A DNA stretch of 64,000 nucleotides from positions 12,923 through 76,922 of the forward strand of contig JAURFE010000003.1 of the NCBI GenBank assembly GCA_030827135.1. The letters run 5' to 3'. Below the pieces are notes generated by a model, which worked only from the letters and a program-made list of their open reading frames with translations, searched no databases and had not been told where the DNA came from. The stretch comes from Vicinamibacterales bacterium. GTDB taxonomy: Bacteria > Acidobacteriota > Vicinamibacteria > Vicinamibacterales > SCN-69-37. Positions 53,647 through 63,146 of this stretch are shown piece after piece. The position numbers and the translations under genes are program-made. Each line of letters begins with the position of its first letter. Position 1 is the stretch's first letter.

Positions 53647-55179
53647 CTACCAGGGCGTGGGTTTGTAGTCCTTGAGGAACTGACCCCAGACGTGGGTGCC
53701 GGTGTTGATGCCGTCGATGATCGGGTCCACGATGCGGGCAGCCCCGTCGACGATGTCGAGGGGTGGGTGGAAGCGGTGGTCGACCACCTTCCGGGCGGCG
53801 ATCTCGGCCGGATCCTCGTCGGTGACCCATCCGGTGTCCACGCTGTTCATGTGGATACCGTCGGCGTGGTAGTCGGCCGCCGACGTGCGCGTCATCATGT
53901 TGAGCGCGGCCTTCGCCATGTTGGTGTGCGGATGGCGGGTCGTCTTGAAGTTCCGGTAGAACTGCCCTTCCACCGCGGAAACGTTGACAACATGTTTGTC
54001 GGCGGTCGGCACCTTGAGCATGAGCGGCTTGAGGCGCGCGTTGAGTACAAACGGCGCGACGGCATTGACCAGCTGCACTTCCAGGAGTTCCACGGTCGGG
54101 ACCTCCGCGAGGAGCAGCCGCCACGAATTGCGATCACGCAGGTCGATCTGCTGAAGGTCCTGATCGAGTTGCCCCTGCGGAAACAGCGCCTTCTGGGCCT
54201 GGAGTTCTTCGGGGAGCAAGGCCACCTGCGACAACTCGGCCGCGTGAGTCAGGCCGGCGACTTCTGACAGCCGCGACGCCAGCGCATCCGGAGTCGCGCC
54301 GGCGACCATCGCCGCTTCGGATTCCGGCAGCAGGTGGTATCCGCGAAGCCCCTCATACGAGCCCACGAGTTTGCGCACGTGTTCCGGCATCGAGTGAATC
54401 GATGCCGTCTCGCCTTCCATCATGTGCGCGTAGAAGTCCGGCGGACGCCGGACGGTCTGACACGCGTTGTTGATGATGAAGTCGAGGCGCTCACGGGTGG
54501 CGAGCATTTCGCGGCAGAACGCTTCCACGCTCGGTGTATGTCGGAGGTCCAGACCAAACACCTCGAGGCGATGGCCCCACTGCTCAAAGTCAGGCTCGGA
54601 CGCGTAGCGTTGGGCCGAGTCGCGTGGGAACCGCGTGGTCACGATCAGGTGCGCACCTGCGCGCAGCAGCTTGAGGCCCGCCTGGTAACCAATCTTCACG
54701 CGACCACCGGTGAGCAAGGCCACGCGACCTGTCAGGTCAGCCGTCTCCGTGCGCTTCCTGAAGTTGAAGTCCGCGCAGGCAAGACACAACTGGTCGTAGA
54801 AGAAGTGCACCTTCTTGAAACGCACCTTGCAGATGTAGCAGTGGCGTTCGTCGAGTGACTCCGGAATCTCCGGTTCGGCTGCCGTGGCCTCGGCGTCGGG
54901 CAGGAAATAGTTGGGTGTCGTGAACACCGGGCGGCGACGCAGCTCCCGGATGCCGGTCTCGTGCAGCACCGACTCGTCCCGCTTCACCCGATCCGCAATG
55001 CGTTTACGCACAACGGCCTTGACCAGCTGTCGTCGCGCCGCCGGATCAGGGTTGTACACCTTGCCCGCCGCCTGGATCAGACGCATGCGGTCCTCCGCCG
55101 ACAACTCCGCCAGTATTCGGCGGTTGTCGCCGATCTCCTCCAGCAGGCGAATCAACTCTTGCAGATGATCCACGTTCAT
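53647..55179 (-). CDS. SDR-fold oxidoreductase with about 150-aa N-terminal extension containing a CxxC...CxxC zinc-ribbon-like motif
   Basis: 510 aa with CYICKVRFKKVHFFYDQLCLAC, then the Rossmann motif ALLTGGRVKIGYQAGLKLL and NNAC. The C-terminal region matches long SDR-like proteins. Confidence 0.7.
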   Translation of the reverse strand: MNVDHLQELIRLLEEIGDNRRILAELSAEDRMRLIQAAGKVYNPDPAARRQLVKAVVRKRIADRVKRDESVLHETGIRELRRRPVFTTPNYFLPDAEATAAEPEIPESLDERHCYICKVRFKKVHFFYDQLCLACADFNFRKRTETADLTGRVALLTGGRVKIGYQAGLKLLRAGAHLIVTTRFPRDSAQRYASEPDFEQWGHRLEVFGLDLRHTPSVEAFCREMLATRERLDFIINNACQTVRRPPDFYAHMMEGETASIHSMPEHVRKLVGSYEGLRGYHLLPESEAAMVAGATPDALASRLSEVAGLTHAAELSQVALLPEELQAQKALFPQGQLDQDLQQIDLRDRNSWRLLLAEVPTVELLEVQLVNAVAPFVLNARLKPLMLKVPTADKHVVNVSAVEGQFYRNFKTTRHPHTNMAKAALNMMTRTSAADYHADGIHMNSVDTGWVTDEDPAEIAARKVVDHRFHPPLDIVDGAARIVDPIIDGINTGTHVWGQFLKDYKPTPW

Positions 55180-57401
55180 TTCCTCACCAGATACGCCAGC
55201 TTCACGAAGAACCCATCGGACGTCCGCTCGAACTGGTCTGACCCGAGCCGCTGGGGGTCGCGTTCCTGGCTCATCCCGTATCCGAAGAACGCGACAGTAC
55301 CTGGTGTTGGTTCGAAGGACAACAGCCAGTCCGTGCGCAGGCCCTTCGACGCCACGGCCGTCGGCGACGACCGTTCCGATCGGTACTCGCTGATCATCCG
55401 GAAGAACAACGACCGCTTCGGCTGAAATTCGATCTTGATCCGCGGGATGGTTGCGCGCGCATATGCGGAGCCGTCACTCGCGCGATTCAGATGTGACCGC
55501 ACAAAACTGCCTTCGATGCGCGTGGACGTCGTGGGACGAACCGCCAGTGAGGTCGTCACGCGGGTTTCGCGCCCTTCGACGGCCTCTGCAAAAATGATCG
55601 CGCCGCCGGTGCGCACTTCGACGCGCCCGTTGACCTTCGCAAAGATCGGCGTGGTGACGGACGCGGAGCCGTTGATGACGCTGACGTACGTGCGCGACCG
55701 GCCGGTCACGGTGAGGTGCGCGAAGGACCTGGCGGGCCGGGCGCTGAGGGACCAGCCGCCACGAAGCGTCGCCGAGAGATTGAGCGACTCGCCGCCTTCA
55801 ATGGCGTTCTCCGACAGGAATTCGTTCCAGTTCCAGATGCGGGTCGGCCCGAAGAACATCGTCACGCCCTCGACCAGAGCGCCGCGGGTGCCGTAATAAC
55901 TCAACCGGTTGAAGGCGCTGAACTCGACGATGTTCGAACGGGGGACAAAGCCGGACTGTGCCTGGAACCCTTCACCGAAACCGGTGAGCCGGTAGTTAAA
56001 TCCCCACCGCCGCGCCGTGCGGTCAAACTCCGCCTGAAACATCGGCGCCGACGTCGTCGCCCGACTGTCGTGTGTCCATGAGCCGCCGACCTGACCCAGC
56101 ACGTAGTAGAGCTTCTTGAAGACCAGGCGGGCGTCCGCCGCCACCACCCGATTAGAACGATTGGTCTCGGTGCGATCCGTGTACGTGACACCCGCCAGCG
56201 AGTCGGTGCCGACATCCCGTCGGACACGCGCCAGCGTCACCCACGCATCCCGCGGGCCGGCCTCATCGCGCGCAGCCAGGAACGCCAGTCCCGTCCTGCC
56301 GACCTTGCCGGTGAGTTTCACGCCACCGAGGGGCTCGGCGATTCGGCGCGTGTACACGAGTTGCCCGGGCGTCGAGAACAACTCGATGCCTTCAAGAAAA
56401 AACGGGCGCTTCTCAGCAAAAAACAGCGCGAACCGCTCATTCACGGTGACCTGCGCGGCATCCGACTCGACCTGGCTGAAGTCGGGGTTGATGGTGGCGT
56501 CGATCGAGAGATTCGTGAAGCCGAGCCGCAGGTTGGCGCCGGGCTCGATGTCGATCCCCGCGCGGCGGAATGTGCCGTCGCCGCCGCGCACCCCGTTGGA
56601 CGCGCCGGTCACAAACGGCTGAAACTCGGTGACCACGCCGCGTCGCATGTCGGCGAGTCCCTCCATGGTGCCGGCCTGCGCCAGAAAACTGGCCACACGC
56701 TGGGCATCGGTCCACGTATCTTCGCGACCCGTGCGCTGGGTCTTGCGCAGAATGTTCAGCCCCCACTTCGCGCCCGGTGTCGTGGGGTAGCGCAGACTCT
56801 TGAACGGAATGCGGATCTCGACCTGGTAGCCGGTCTCGGTGACCTGGCCGCGCGAATCAAACTGGTAGTCGGGACTCAGATCCACCGAGCCTCCCATCAT
56901 CCGTCCCGCATTAAACGCGCCCTCGGTCTGCACGCCGTCTTCCTGCGCGCCGAGCGGATTGACGCCGAACACAAAGGCGCGACGACGGTCGTTGAACGTG
57001 TCGAGATAGATGCGGATCGAGTCCTCACGATCGAGGCTGTCGCGATCGGCGGATGTCGCCCGAATCGACCCGGGTTCTGAATCGTGTGCGATGACACCGA
57101 AGTGCAAGGCGTCGGCCGAATACCAGACCAGCACCTCGGTCCGCTCAGCTGCGCGCTGCCGATCGACGGGGCGGTACTCGGAAAAGCCTGTCAGCCGCGC
57201 GGCACGGTCCCACGCGGGTTCATCGAGGCGGCCGTCGACCACCACCGCTTCCGCAATGCGAGGAATGACGAAAGTCGGCGCGCCAGCCCCGTCGACGATA
57301 ACGGGTGCCTGGGTGGGTGCGGGGGGCTGAACCGCGAGCAACAGGGAGAACAGGGCTGCGAACGACATGGACAATCCAACAGCATACCGCGGCCGTGCCA
57401 T
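55176..57401 (-). CDS. outer-membrane-type protein with N-terminal CBM9/DOMON-like domain (DUF5916-like)
   Basis: Signal peptide. VVDGRLDEPAWDRAARLTGFSEYRPV...VLVWYSADALHFGV is typical of carbohydrate-binding family 9-like proteins. Long beta-rich C-terminal region ending ...FFVKLAYLVRK. Overlaps the downstream gene by 4 nt. Confidence 0.6.
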   Translation of the reverse strand: MARPRYAVGLSMSFAALFSLLLAVQPPAPTQAPVIVDGAGAPTFVIPRIAEAVVVDGRLDEPAWDRAARLTGFSEYRPVDRQRAAERTEVLVWYSADALHFGVIAHDSEPGSIRATSADRDSLDREDSIRIYLDTFNDRRRAFVFGVNPLGAQEDGVQTEGAFNAGRMMGGSVDLSPDYQFDSRGQVTETGYQVEIRIPFKSLRYPTTPGAKWGLNILRKTQRTGREDTWTDAQRVASFLAQAGTMEGLADMRRGVVTEFQPFVTGASNGVRGGDGTFRRAGIDIEPGANLRLGFTNLSIDATINPDFSQVESDAAQVTVNERFALFFAEKRPFFLEGIELFSTPGQLVYTRRIAEPLGGVKLTGKVGRTGLAFLAARDEAGPRDAWVTLARVRRDVGTDSLAGVTYTDRTETNRSNRVVAADARLVFKKLYYVLGQVGGSWTHDSRATTSAPMFQAEFDRTARRWGFNYRLTGFGEGFQAQSGFVPRSNIVEFSAFNRLSYYGTRGALVEGVTMFFGPTRIWNWNEFLSENAIEGGESLNLSATLRGGWSLSARPARSFAHLTVTGRSRTYVSVINGSASVTTPIFAKVNGRVEVRTGGAIIFAEAVEGRETRVTTSLAVRPTTSTRIEGSFVRSHLNRASDGSAYARATIPRIKIEFQPKRSLFFRMISEYRSERSSPTAVASKGLRTDWLLSFEPTPGTVAFFGYGMSQERDPQRLGSDQFERTSDGFFVKLAYLVRK

Positions 57402-57434
57402 CCGGCAGGCCTGAAGGTCTGCCCTACGTGGCGG

Positions 57435-58184
57435 TCACGTGGCGGTGGTCAGGATCAGCGGGCGTTGACCCACCCGGACCATGATCGTGTGTTCATGATG
57501 GATCGCAAGGGAGCGGCGGCGCGTCCGCACGGTCCATCCATCCTTCTCATCCGCGACCGTGCTGTCCGACAGGGCGAACATGGGCTCCAGGGCGAACACC
57601 ATGCCGTGACGCAGGACGGTGGTGGCCTCGGGATCGTCCCAGTTCGGCACATCGGGCGGCTCATGCAGTTTCCGGCCGATGCCATGGCCCGAGAGCTGAC
57701 GCAGCACCTGGAGGCCGTTGGCGGCCGCGACGGCCCCCACGGCGGCCCCCACGTCCCTGACGGTCGCGCCCACCTGTGCCGCAGCGAACCCGGCGTCGAA
57801 GGCCGCGACTGCGGCGGCATGGAGCCGGCGAGCCTCGTCGCTCACCGGCGGCACGAGCACACTGCGGGCGCTGTCGGCCAGGAATCCATCCAACTCAAGG
57901 GTCACGTCCACTTTGACGATGTCGCCCGGCTGCACGACGCGTGGTCCCGGCACGCCATGCACGACCTGTTCATTCACGCTGATACAGGTGAAGCCGGGAA
58001 AGTTGTAGGTCAGCCGTGGCGCTGAGCGCGCGCCCTCAGCCGCTGCATACACCTCGGCGGCTCGATCCAGATCCGTCGTGGTGACTCCGGGTGTCACCAT
58101 CCGCTCCATCACGTCCAGCGTGCGCGCCACCAGGCGGCCGACACGTTTCAGCGCGGCCAGTTCTTCGGTGGTTCGAACGATCAC
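57435..58184 (-). CDS. map: type I methionine aminopeptidase
   Basis: 249 aa with VCHGIP-equivalent VVHGVPG, DIVKVDV, and GHGIGRKLHEPP. Confidence 0.93.
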   Translation of the reverse strand: MIVRTTEELAALKRVGRLVARTLDVMERMVTPGVTTTDLDRAAEVYAAAEGARSAPRLTYNFPGFTCISVNEQVVHGVPGPRVVQPGDIVKVDVTLELDGFLADSARSVLVPPVSDEARRLHAAAVAAFDAGFAAAQVGATVRDVGAAVGAVAAANGLQVLRQLSGHGIGRKLHEPPDVPNWDDPEATTVLRHGMVFALEPMFALSDSTVADEKDGWTVRTRRRSLAIHHEHTIMVRVGQRPLILTTAT

Positions 58185-58209
58185 TCCTGCCCCTTAGTCC
58201 GGGTCCGGC

Positions 58210-59586
58210 TCAAGCCAGCGCGCGGACGATGTCCGAGCGCGTGATGACGAACGTGGCGTCGCTCTTGAAGTCGCGCACCAGCACGGCCGGATTGTCGGCC
58301 GTAATCATGGTCGCCAGCGCGTCGATGCCGGTGGAGATGTCGGCAAACGGGAACGCCGGCTGCATGATGGATTCCACGGTCTGTGTGCGGATGGCCGGAT
58401 CGGACACCAGTGCGGCATAGAGGCGCGACTCGTTGATCGATCCGACGAGACGCCCTCCCTGCGTGACGGGAATCTGCGAGAAGTCGTGCTCGGTCATCAC
58501 CTGCACGGCGCGGGCGACCGTATCGGTGTTCTCGATCGACAACATGGGCAGGGTCTCCTTCGCGCTGACCAGATCGCGCGCGGTGAGGCCCGACTTGTCG
58601 AGGTACCCCATCTTGCGCATCCAGTCGTTGTTGAACATCTTCGCGAGGTAGCGGGTGCCGTGGTCGTGAAAAATCACGACAACGACATCGCCGGCCTTGA
58701 AGCGCGTCTTCATCTGGATCAGGCCGGCCATCGCCGACCCGGCCGAGTTGCCGGCGAAGATGCCCTCTTCGCGCGCGATTCGGCGGGTCATGATGGCGGC
58801 GTCCTTGTCGGTGACCTTCTCAAAGTGATCGATCACCGAGAAATCCACGTTCTGGGGCAGGAAGTCCTCGCCGATACCCTCCGTCACGTACGGGTAGATC
58901 TCGTTTTTGTCGAAGATTCCCGTCTCCTTGTATTTCTTGAAGACCGACCCGTAGGTGTCAATGCCAAGGATCTGGATCTTGGGATTCTTTTCCTTGAGGA
59001 ATTTTCCGGCGCCGCAGATGGTGCCGCCGGTGCCGACCCCCACCACGAGGTGGGTGATCCGGCCGTCGGTCTGATCCCAGATTTCCGGGCCGGTCTGCTC
59101 GTAGTGGGCCTGCGCATTCGACGGGTTGTCGTACTGGTTGGCCTTCCATGAATTCGGGGTCTCACGCTCCAGGCGTGAGGACACCGAGTAGTAGGAGCGC
59201 GGATCCTCGGGTTCCACGTTCGTGGGGCACACGATTACTTCCGCACCGACCGCCTGCAGGGCGTCGACCTTTTCCTTCGACTGCTTGTCGGTTGTCGTAA
59301 AGATGCACTTGTAGCCCTTGACGACGGCGGCGATGGCCAGGCCCATGCCGGTATTGCCCGAGGTGCCTTCGATGATCGTGCCGCCGGGGCGGAGGCGGCC
59401 ATCGCGCTCGGCGTCCTCGATCATCTTGAGGGCCATCCGGTCCTTGATCGAGTTGCCGGGATTGAACGTCTCGACCTTCGCCAACACGGTGGCCGGGATC
59501 ACGCCTTTGGTGATGGCGTTGAGGCGCACCATCGGGGTGTGTCCGATGGCCTCCAGAATGTTGTCGCAGATCTTTTTCGTCGCCAC
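58210..59586 (-). CDS. cystathionine beta-synthase (PLP cysteine-synthase fold plus tandem CBS domains)
   Basis: GTG 59586 is preceded by GGAAGGGA. ILEAIGHTPMVRLN, NPGNSIKDR (PLP lysine), GTSGNTG, and a C-terminal CBS pair. The listed 885-aa ORF's N-terminal 427 aa are antisense to the M20 gene and are rejected. Confidence 0.9.
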   Translation of the reverse strand: MATKKICDNILEAIGHTPMVRLNAITKGVIPATVLAKVETFNPGNSIKDRMALKMIEDAERDGRLRPGGTIIEGTSGNTGMGLAIAAVVKGYKCIFTTTDKQSKEKVDALQAVGAEVIVCPTNVEPEDPRSYYSVSSRLERETPNSWKANQYDNPSNAQAHYEQTGPEIWDQTDGRITHLVVGVGTGGTICGAGKFLKEKNPKIQILGIDTYGSVFKKYKETGIFDKNEIYPYVTEGIGEDFLPQNVDFSVIDHFEKVTDKDAAIMTRRIAREEGIFAGNSAGSAMAGLIQMKTRFKAGDVVVVIFHDHGTRYLAKMFNNDWMRKMGYLDKSGLTARDLVSAKETLPMLSIENTDTVARAVQVMTEHDFSQIPVTQGGRLVGSINESRLYAALVSDPAIRTQTVESIMQPAFPFADISTGIDALATMITADNPAVLVRDFKSDATFVITRSDIVRALA

Positions 59587-59612
59587 GGGGGTATCCCTTC
59601 CGCTGGTGATTC

Positions 59613-59618
59613 TATAAT
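59613..59618 (+). promoter_or_regulatory. -10 box (TATAAT) 7 nt upstream of ATG 59626 of the M20 peptidase gene
   Basis: TATAAT, then gcgcggc, then ATG. The first in-frame ATG (59617) lies inside the hexamer, which favours 59626 as the real start. Confidence 0.45.
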
Positions 59619-60912
59619 GCGCGGCATGCGTGTACTGATTGCCGGCATGATCCTGGCCCTGGTGGGCGCGGCCTCTGGCCACCCTGCGTCTGCCCAGGCC
59701 CCGTTCCCCACCAAGTTCTCCCCTGAGATTGCCGCCCGGGCCGATGTGAAGGCGGCGCTGGCGTATGTCGACCGGGAGTTTGAGGCGCAGGTGAACGAGT
59801 GGATTCATCTCACCGAGATTCCGGGCCTGTCGGGGCATGAGCAGAAGCGGGCCGAGTACATCGCGGGTGAATTGACGAAGCTGGGGCTGACCCCGCAGTC
59901 GGACACGATGGGCAACGTGTGGGCGGTGCGCAAGGGCACCGGCGGCGGACCGTCCGTCGTGTTTGCGGCCCACATGGACACCGTCCAGCCGCTCGACACG
60001 CCGCTCAAGGTCCGGCGTGAGGAGAACGGCACGATGCACGCGCCCGGCATCACCGACGACACGGCGGCGTTGCCGGCGCAGCTGCAGGCGCTGCGCGCCA
60101 TGCGCGAAGCGAAGGTCGAAACCAAAGGTGATCTGGTGTTCCTGTTCACCGTCCAGGAAGAGGTGGGCCTCAAGGGCATGTACCACTGGATTGAGCAGCA
60201 TCGCGGCATCACCGACATGCTCGTGGCGGTGGATGGCGGGCTCGGCCCGGTCAACTACGGCGCGCTCGGCATCTACTGGTCGCGGATGAAGTTCTCCGGC
60301 GATGGCGGGCACACGCTCAGTTCGCGGGACCGGCCCAATACCGTGCGCGCGGCCGCACGGTGCATCGAACGCATCTACAGCGTGCCGTTGCCGCCCGCCG
60401 ATGATCCCGTGCCGGCCATTTACAACGTCGGTGGCATGATGACCAGCGGCCAGGTGGTCAACGCGATTCCGCAGGAAGTGACCTTCACCGTGGACCTGCG
60501 AACGGTCGACCCGGCGCTGCTGCAGACACTCGACAAGTCCATCATGGCCACATGTGAGGAGGCCGCGGCGTGGCAGAAGGTGAAGTTCACGCGCGAGTGG
60601 ATTCAGCGGTCGGAAGCCGGCGGCCGGCCCGAGCAACTCGCGGCACGGCGCGCACACCCGGTGGTGCAGACCGCGATCGACATCCTGCGATTCCTCGACG
60701 TGTCGCTGCCTGCCAGCCGCGAAGCGGTCCCCTCGGGAGCCACGGACGGCAACGTCGGCGTGCTGCTCGGCATTCCGACGGTGTCGATCGGGGCCGCCAA
60801 CGGCGGTGGCGGTCACACGTTGCAGGAATGGGCGCGGACCGACTCGGCCAAGACCGGCACGCAGCAAATCGTGTTGATGGCCGTGTCGCTCGCCGAGATC
60901 GCTGGCCGTTAG
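59617..60912 (+). CDS. M20/M28-family metallopeptidase, secreted
   Basis: Signal peptide MR(GM)RVLIAGMILALVGAASG, AAHMDTV metal-ligand motif, and ITDDTAAL. Alternative start ATG 59626. Confidence 0.8.
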   Translation: MRGMRVLIAGMILALVGAASGHPASAQAPFPTKFSPEIAARADVKAALAYVDREFEAQVNEWIHLTEIPGLSGHEQKRAEYIAGELTKLGLTPQSDTMGNVWAVRKGTGGGPSVVFAAHMDTVQPLDTPLKVRREENGTMHAPGITDDTAALPAQLQALRAMREAKVETKGDLVFLFTVQEEVGLKGMYHWIEQHRGITDMLVAVDGGLGPVNYGALGIYWSRMKFSGDGGHTLSSRDRPNTVRAAARCIERIYSVPLPPADDPVPAIYNVGGMMTSGQVVNAIPQEVTFTVDLRTVDPALLQTLDKSIMATCEEAAAWQKVKFTREWIQRSEAGGRPEQLAARRAHPVVQTAIDILRFLDVSLPASREAVPSGATDGNVGVLLGIPTVSIGAANGGGGHTLQEWARTDSAKTGTQQIVLMAVSLAEIAGR

Positions 60913-60948
60913 ACCACAGGAAGGCGCGGAGTTTTTCTGAAGGGCCGT

Positions 60949-61062
60949 TCAGCGGGCGAAGGGGTTCACGAGCCTCACGCCGGTATTGGCGAAGTCGCGA
61001 GCGTTGCGGGTGACCAGCGCGAGGTTGTGCATGCGCGCGGTCGCCGCGCAGGCCACATCACT
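60949..61062 (-). pseudogene. 3' remnant of a VapC/PIN-domain toxin gene
   Basis: SDVACAATARMHNLALVTRNARDFANTGVRLVNPFAR matches the C-terminal third of VapC toxins (D..IAATA....L.LVT.N..DF). The first roughly 95 codons are missing, because the frame runs straight into the 3' end of the SDR gene. No antitoxin gene is present. Confidence 0.5.
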
Positions 61063-61780
61063 TCGTCCGCGCCGGCCGAATCTCGACCTTGCTCGGCAGA
61101 CTGCGCCCCGGATGCCGAAGCAGGTCGACCACCGTCTGCGCAATATCCTCCGCAGTCAGTTTCCACGAATCGTCCTTCGTCGTGGCGCCCGGTCCCGAAA
61201 ACTCAGTCGCCACCGAGCCGGGCATGACCACACTCACGCGGATGTCGTCATTGCGGACCTCAAGCATCACGGCTTCGCTGAAGGCCACCAGACCGGCCTT
61301 CGACGCACAGTACGCGGCCGCGCCGGCAAAGTAGTTCCGGCCCGCCAAACTTGCGATGTTGATGATCCAGGCGCCTTTGGCCGCGCGCAGGGCGGGAATG
61401 GCCGCGCGCGTGCAATAAAACACTCCGGTCAGGTTCGTGTCGATGACCCTCGCCCAGTCGTCATCACTGGTCTGCTCAACGTCTGCGAACACACCCACAC
61501 CAGCGTTGTTGATCAAGGTGTTCACCGACCCGAACTCAGCCACGGCAGCCGCAACCATGGCATCCACCTCGGCCCGGTCTCGAACATCGACCGCCCGGCC
61601 AGCCACGCGTGACGAGTCGCCCGCCTTCCGATCGATCTGTCGTGCAAGACGATCGACGGCGGCGGCCACGCCCGCTTCGGTGCGCCCGGTGATCATGACC
61701 CTGCCGCCCGTGTCGAGGATGGCGGCGGCGACGGCGTACCCGATCCCTTTGGTACCTCCGGTGACGATGGCGGTGTGCAT
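61058..61780 (-). CDS. SDR-family oxidoreductase
   Basis: VTGGTKGIGYA cofactor motif, NNAG, and catalytic YCASKAGL. Confidence 0.85.
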   Translation of the reverse strand: MHTAIVTGGTKGIGYAVAAAILDTGGRVMITGRTEAGVAAAVDRLARQIDRKAGDSSRVAGRAVDVRDRAEVDAMVAAAVAEFGSVNTLINNAGVGVFADVEQTSDDDWARVIDTNLTGVFYCTRAAIPALRAAKGAWIINIASLAGRNYFAGAAAYCASKAGLVAFSEAVMLEVRNDDIRVSVVMPGSVATEFSGPGATTKDDSWKLTAEDIAQTVVDLLRHPGRSLPSKVEIRPARTK

Positions 61781-61787
61781 GGACTGA

Positions 61788-63080
61788 TTATGAACGGATT
61801 CCGAGGTCCCGACATCCGGCCGTGAGCGCCTTTCTGTACACGTCGCTCCGCACGTAGTAGGCGTGCCTCAGAGAGTCCAGATACGCACGACCGCCGCGAA
61901 GGTCGGGGCGGCCCGTGGCGCGGGCGGCATCGAATCTGGCAGCAGCATCGGGGTTCGTGCGTTGTGCATCGAAATACGCGGCAACCAGTTCGCCCTGCAA
62001 GCCGAAGAGTTCGTACGCTGCACCGTCGGTTTCAAAGAGTCCCATGAACGCCAGCGTCCGCTGCGCGCGATGGAACAGCTCGAGGTAGAGATCAAGCTTC
62101 TGATCGCCACCTGCGTCTTCAAGGAACGGGAAGCGGCGCCGATACCCGGTGGCCCACACGATCAGGTCGATCGCTTCTTCGCGCCCGTCGACGAATCGCA
62201 CGTGCGAGCCGCGCAGCTCGGCGACATCCGGCCGATACGCCAGGTCCCCGTGGCCCAGGTAGTGCAGCACCTGCGTGTTCATGATCGGATGTGACCGCAG
62301 GATCGCGTGGTCCGGCCTGGGCAGCCCATACCGCGACAGATCGCCAACCAGAATCCTGTTGATCAGGAATCCAAAGACTTTCTCTTCGAGCCACGTGGGC
62401 AACGGCGGCCCGGCATGCGCGAATACGTCGGCGGGCTGGCCGAAGATGTACTTCGGCACGAAGTGATACCCGCGTCGCAAACTGATGAATGCTTTCGATG
62501 CGTGGCGGGCCGCTTCGCACGCGATATCGGCGCCGGAGTTGCCGCCGCCGACGATGAGCACCCGTTTGCCGCGAAAAATCTCCGGTGACCGGAACGAAAA
62601 CGCGTGTAGTTGCGCGCCGTCAAAGGTGCCGGGCACGCGCGGCAGGTTCGGATGCCACGTCGTGCCGGTCGCGACGATCACGCCGGACCACTCGCGCGAT
62701 TCCCCGGACGCCAACGCCACCTGCCACCGGTCGCCAGCCGGCGAGGCGCGCGTCACGACTGTGCGGGTCTCGACGCGATCGGTCAGGCCGTGGTGGTCCG
62801 CATAGGCCCGAATGTATCGAAGGATCTGGTCGTGCCTGGGATAATCCGGATAGTCGTCAGGCATCGGAAATCCGGGAAACCCTGATTGGGAGCGCGAGGA
62901 GATAAAGTGCGCCGCCTCGTACATCGGCGTCTCGGGGCGATCGATGTCCCAAATTCCGCCGACCCCGTGACCGGCATCGACGATTTCAAACGGAATGCCT
63001 CGCGCCTTGAGGGCAATAGCGGCGCACAGCCCGGCGGGCCCGGCGCCGATAATGCCCACGGGGGGGCTGTCAGGACGCAT
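61788..63080 (-). CDS. flavin-containing monooxygenase-like NAD(P)/FAD-dependent oxidoreductase
   Basis: Two dinucleotide-binding motifs (IGAGPAGL and VGGGNSGADIA), plus an FxGxxxHxxxY-like region. Confidence 0.85.
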   Translation of the reverse strand: MRPDSPPVGIIGAGPAGLCAAIALKARGIPFEIVDAGHGVGGIWDIDRPETPMYEAAHFISSRSQSGFPGFPMPDDYPDYPRHDQILRYIRAYADHHGLTDRVETRTVVTRASPAGDRWQVALASGESREWSGVIVATGTTWHPNLPRVPGTFDGAQLHAFSFRSPEIFRGKRVLIVGGGNSGADIACEAARHASKAFISLRRGYHFVPKYIFGQPADVFAHAGPPLPTWLEEKVFGFLINRILVGDLSRYGLPRPDHAILRSHPIMNTQVLHYLGHGDLAYRPDVAELRGSHVRFVDGREEAIDLIVWATGYRRRFPFLEDAGGDQKLDLYLELFHRAQRTLAFMGLFETDGAAYELFGLQGELVAAYFDAQRTNPDAAARFDAARATGRPDLRGGRAYLDSLRHAYYVRSDVYRKALTAGCRDLGIRS

Positions 63081-63146
63081 CCGGGCAGCGTATCGTAGAT
63101 TCCTGACACCCCAGAAGCGCCCCCGGCATCCAAACGTTCGAGGTCA

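Noticed and set aside
59587-60867. N-terminal 427 aa of the listed 885-aa minus-strand ORF
   Set aside because: This part is antisense to the M20 peptidase gene. The CBS homology starts only at GTG 59586, which has its own SD-like GGAAGGGA.
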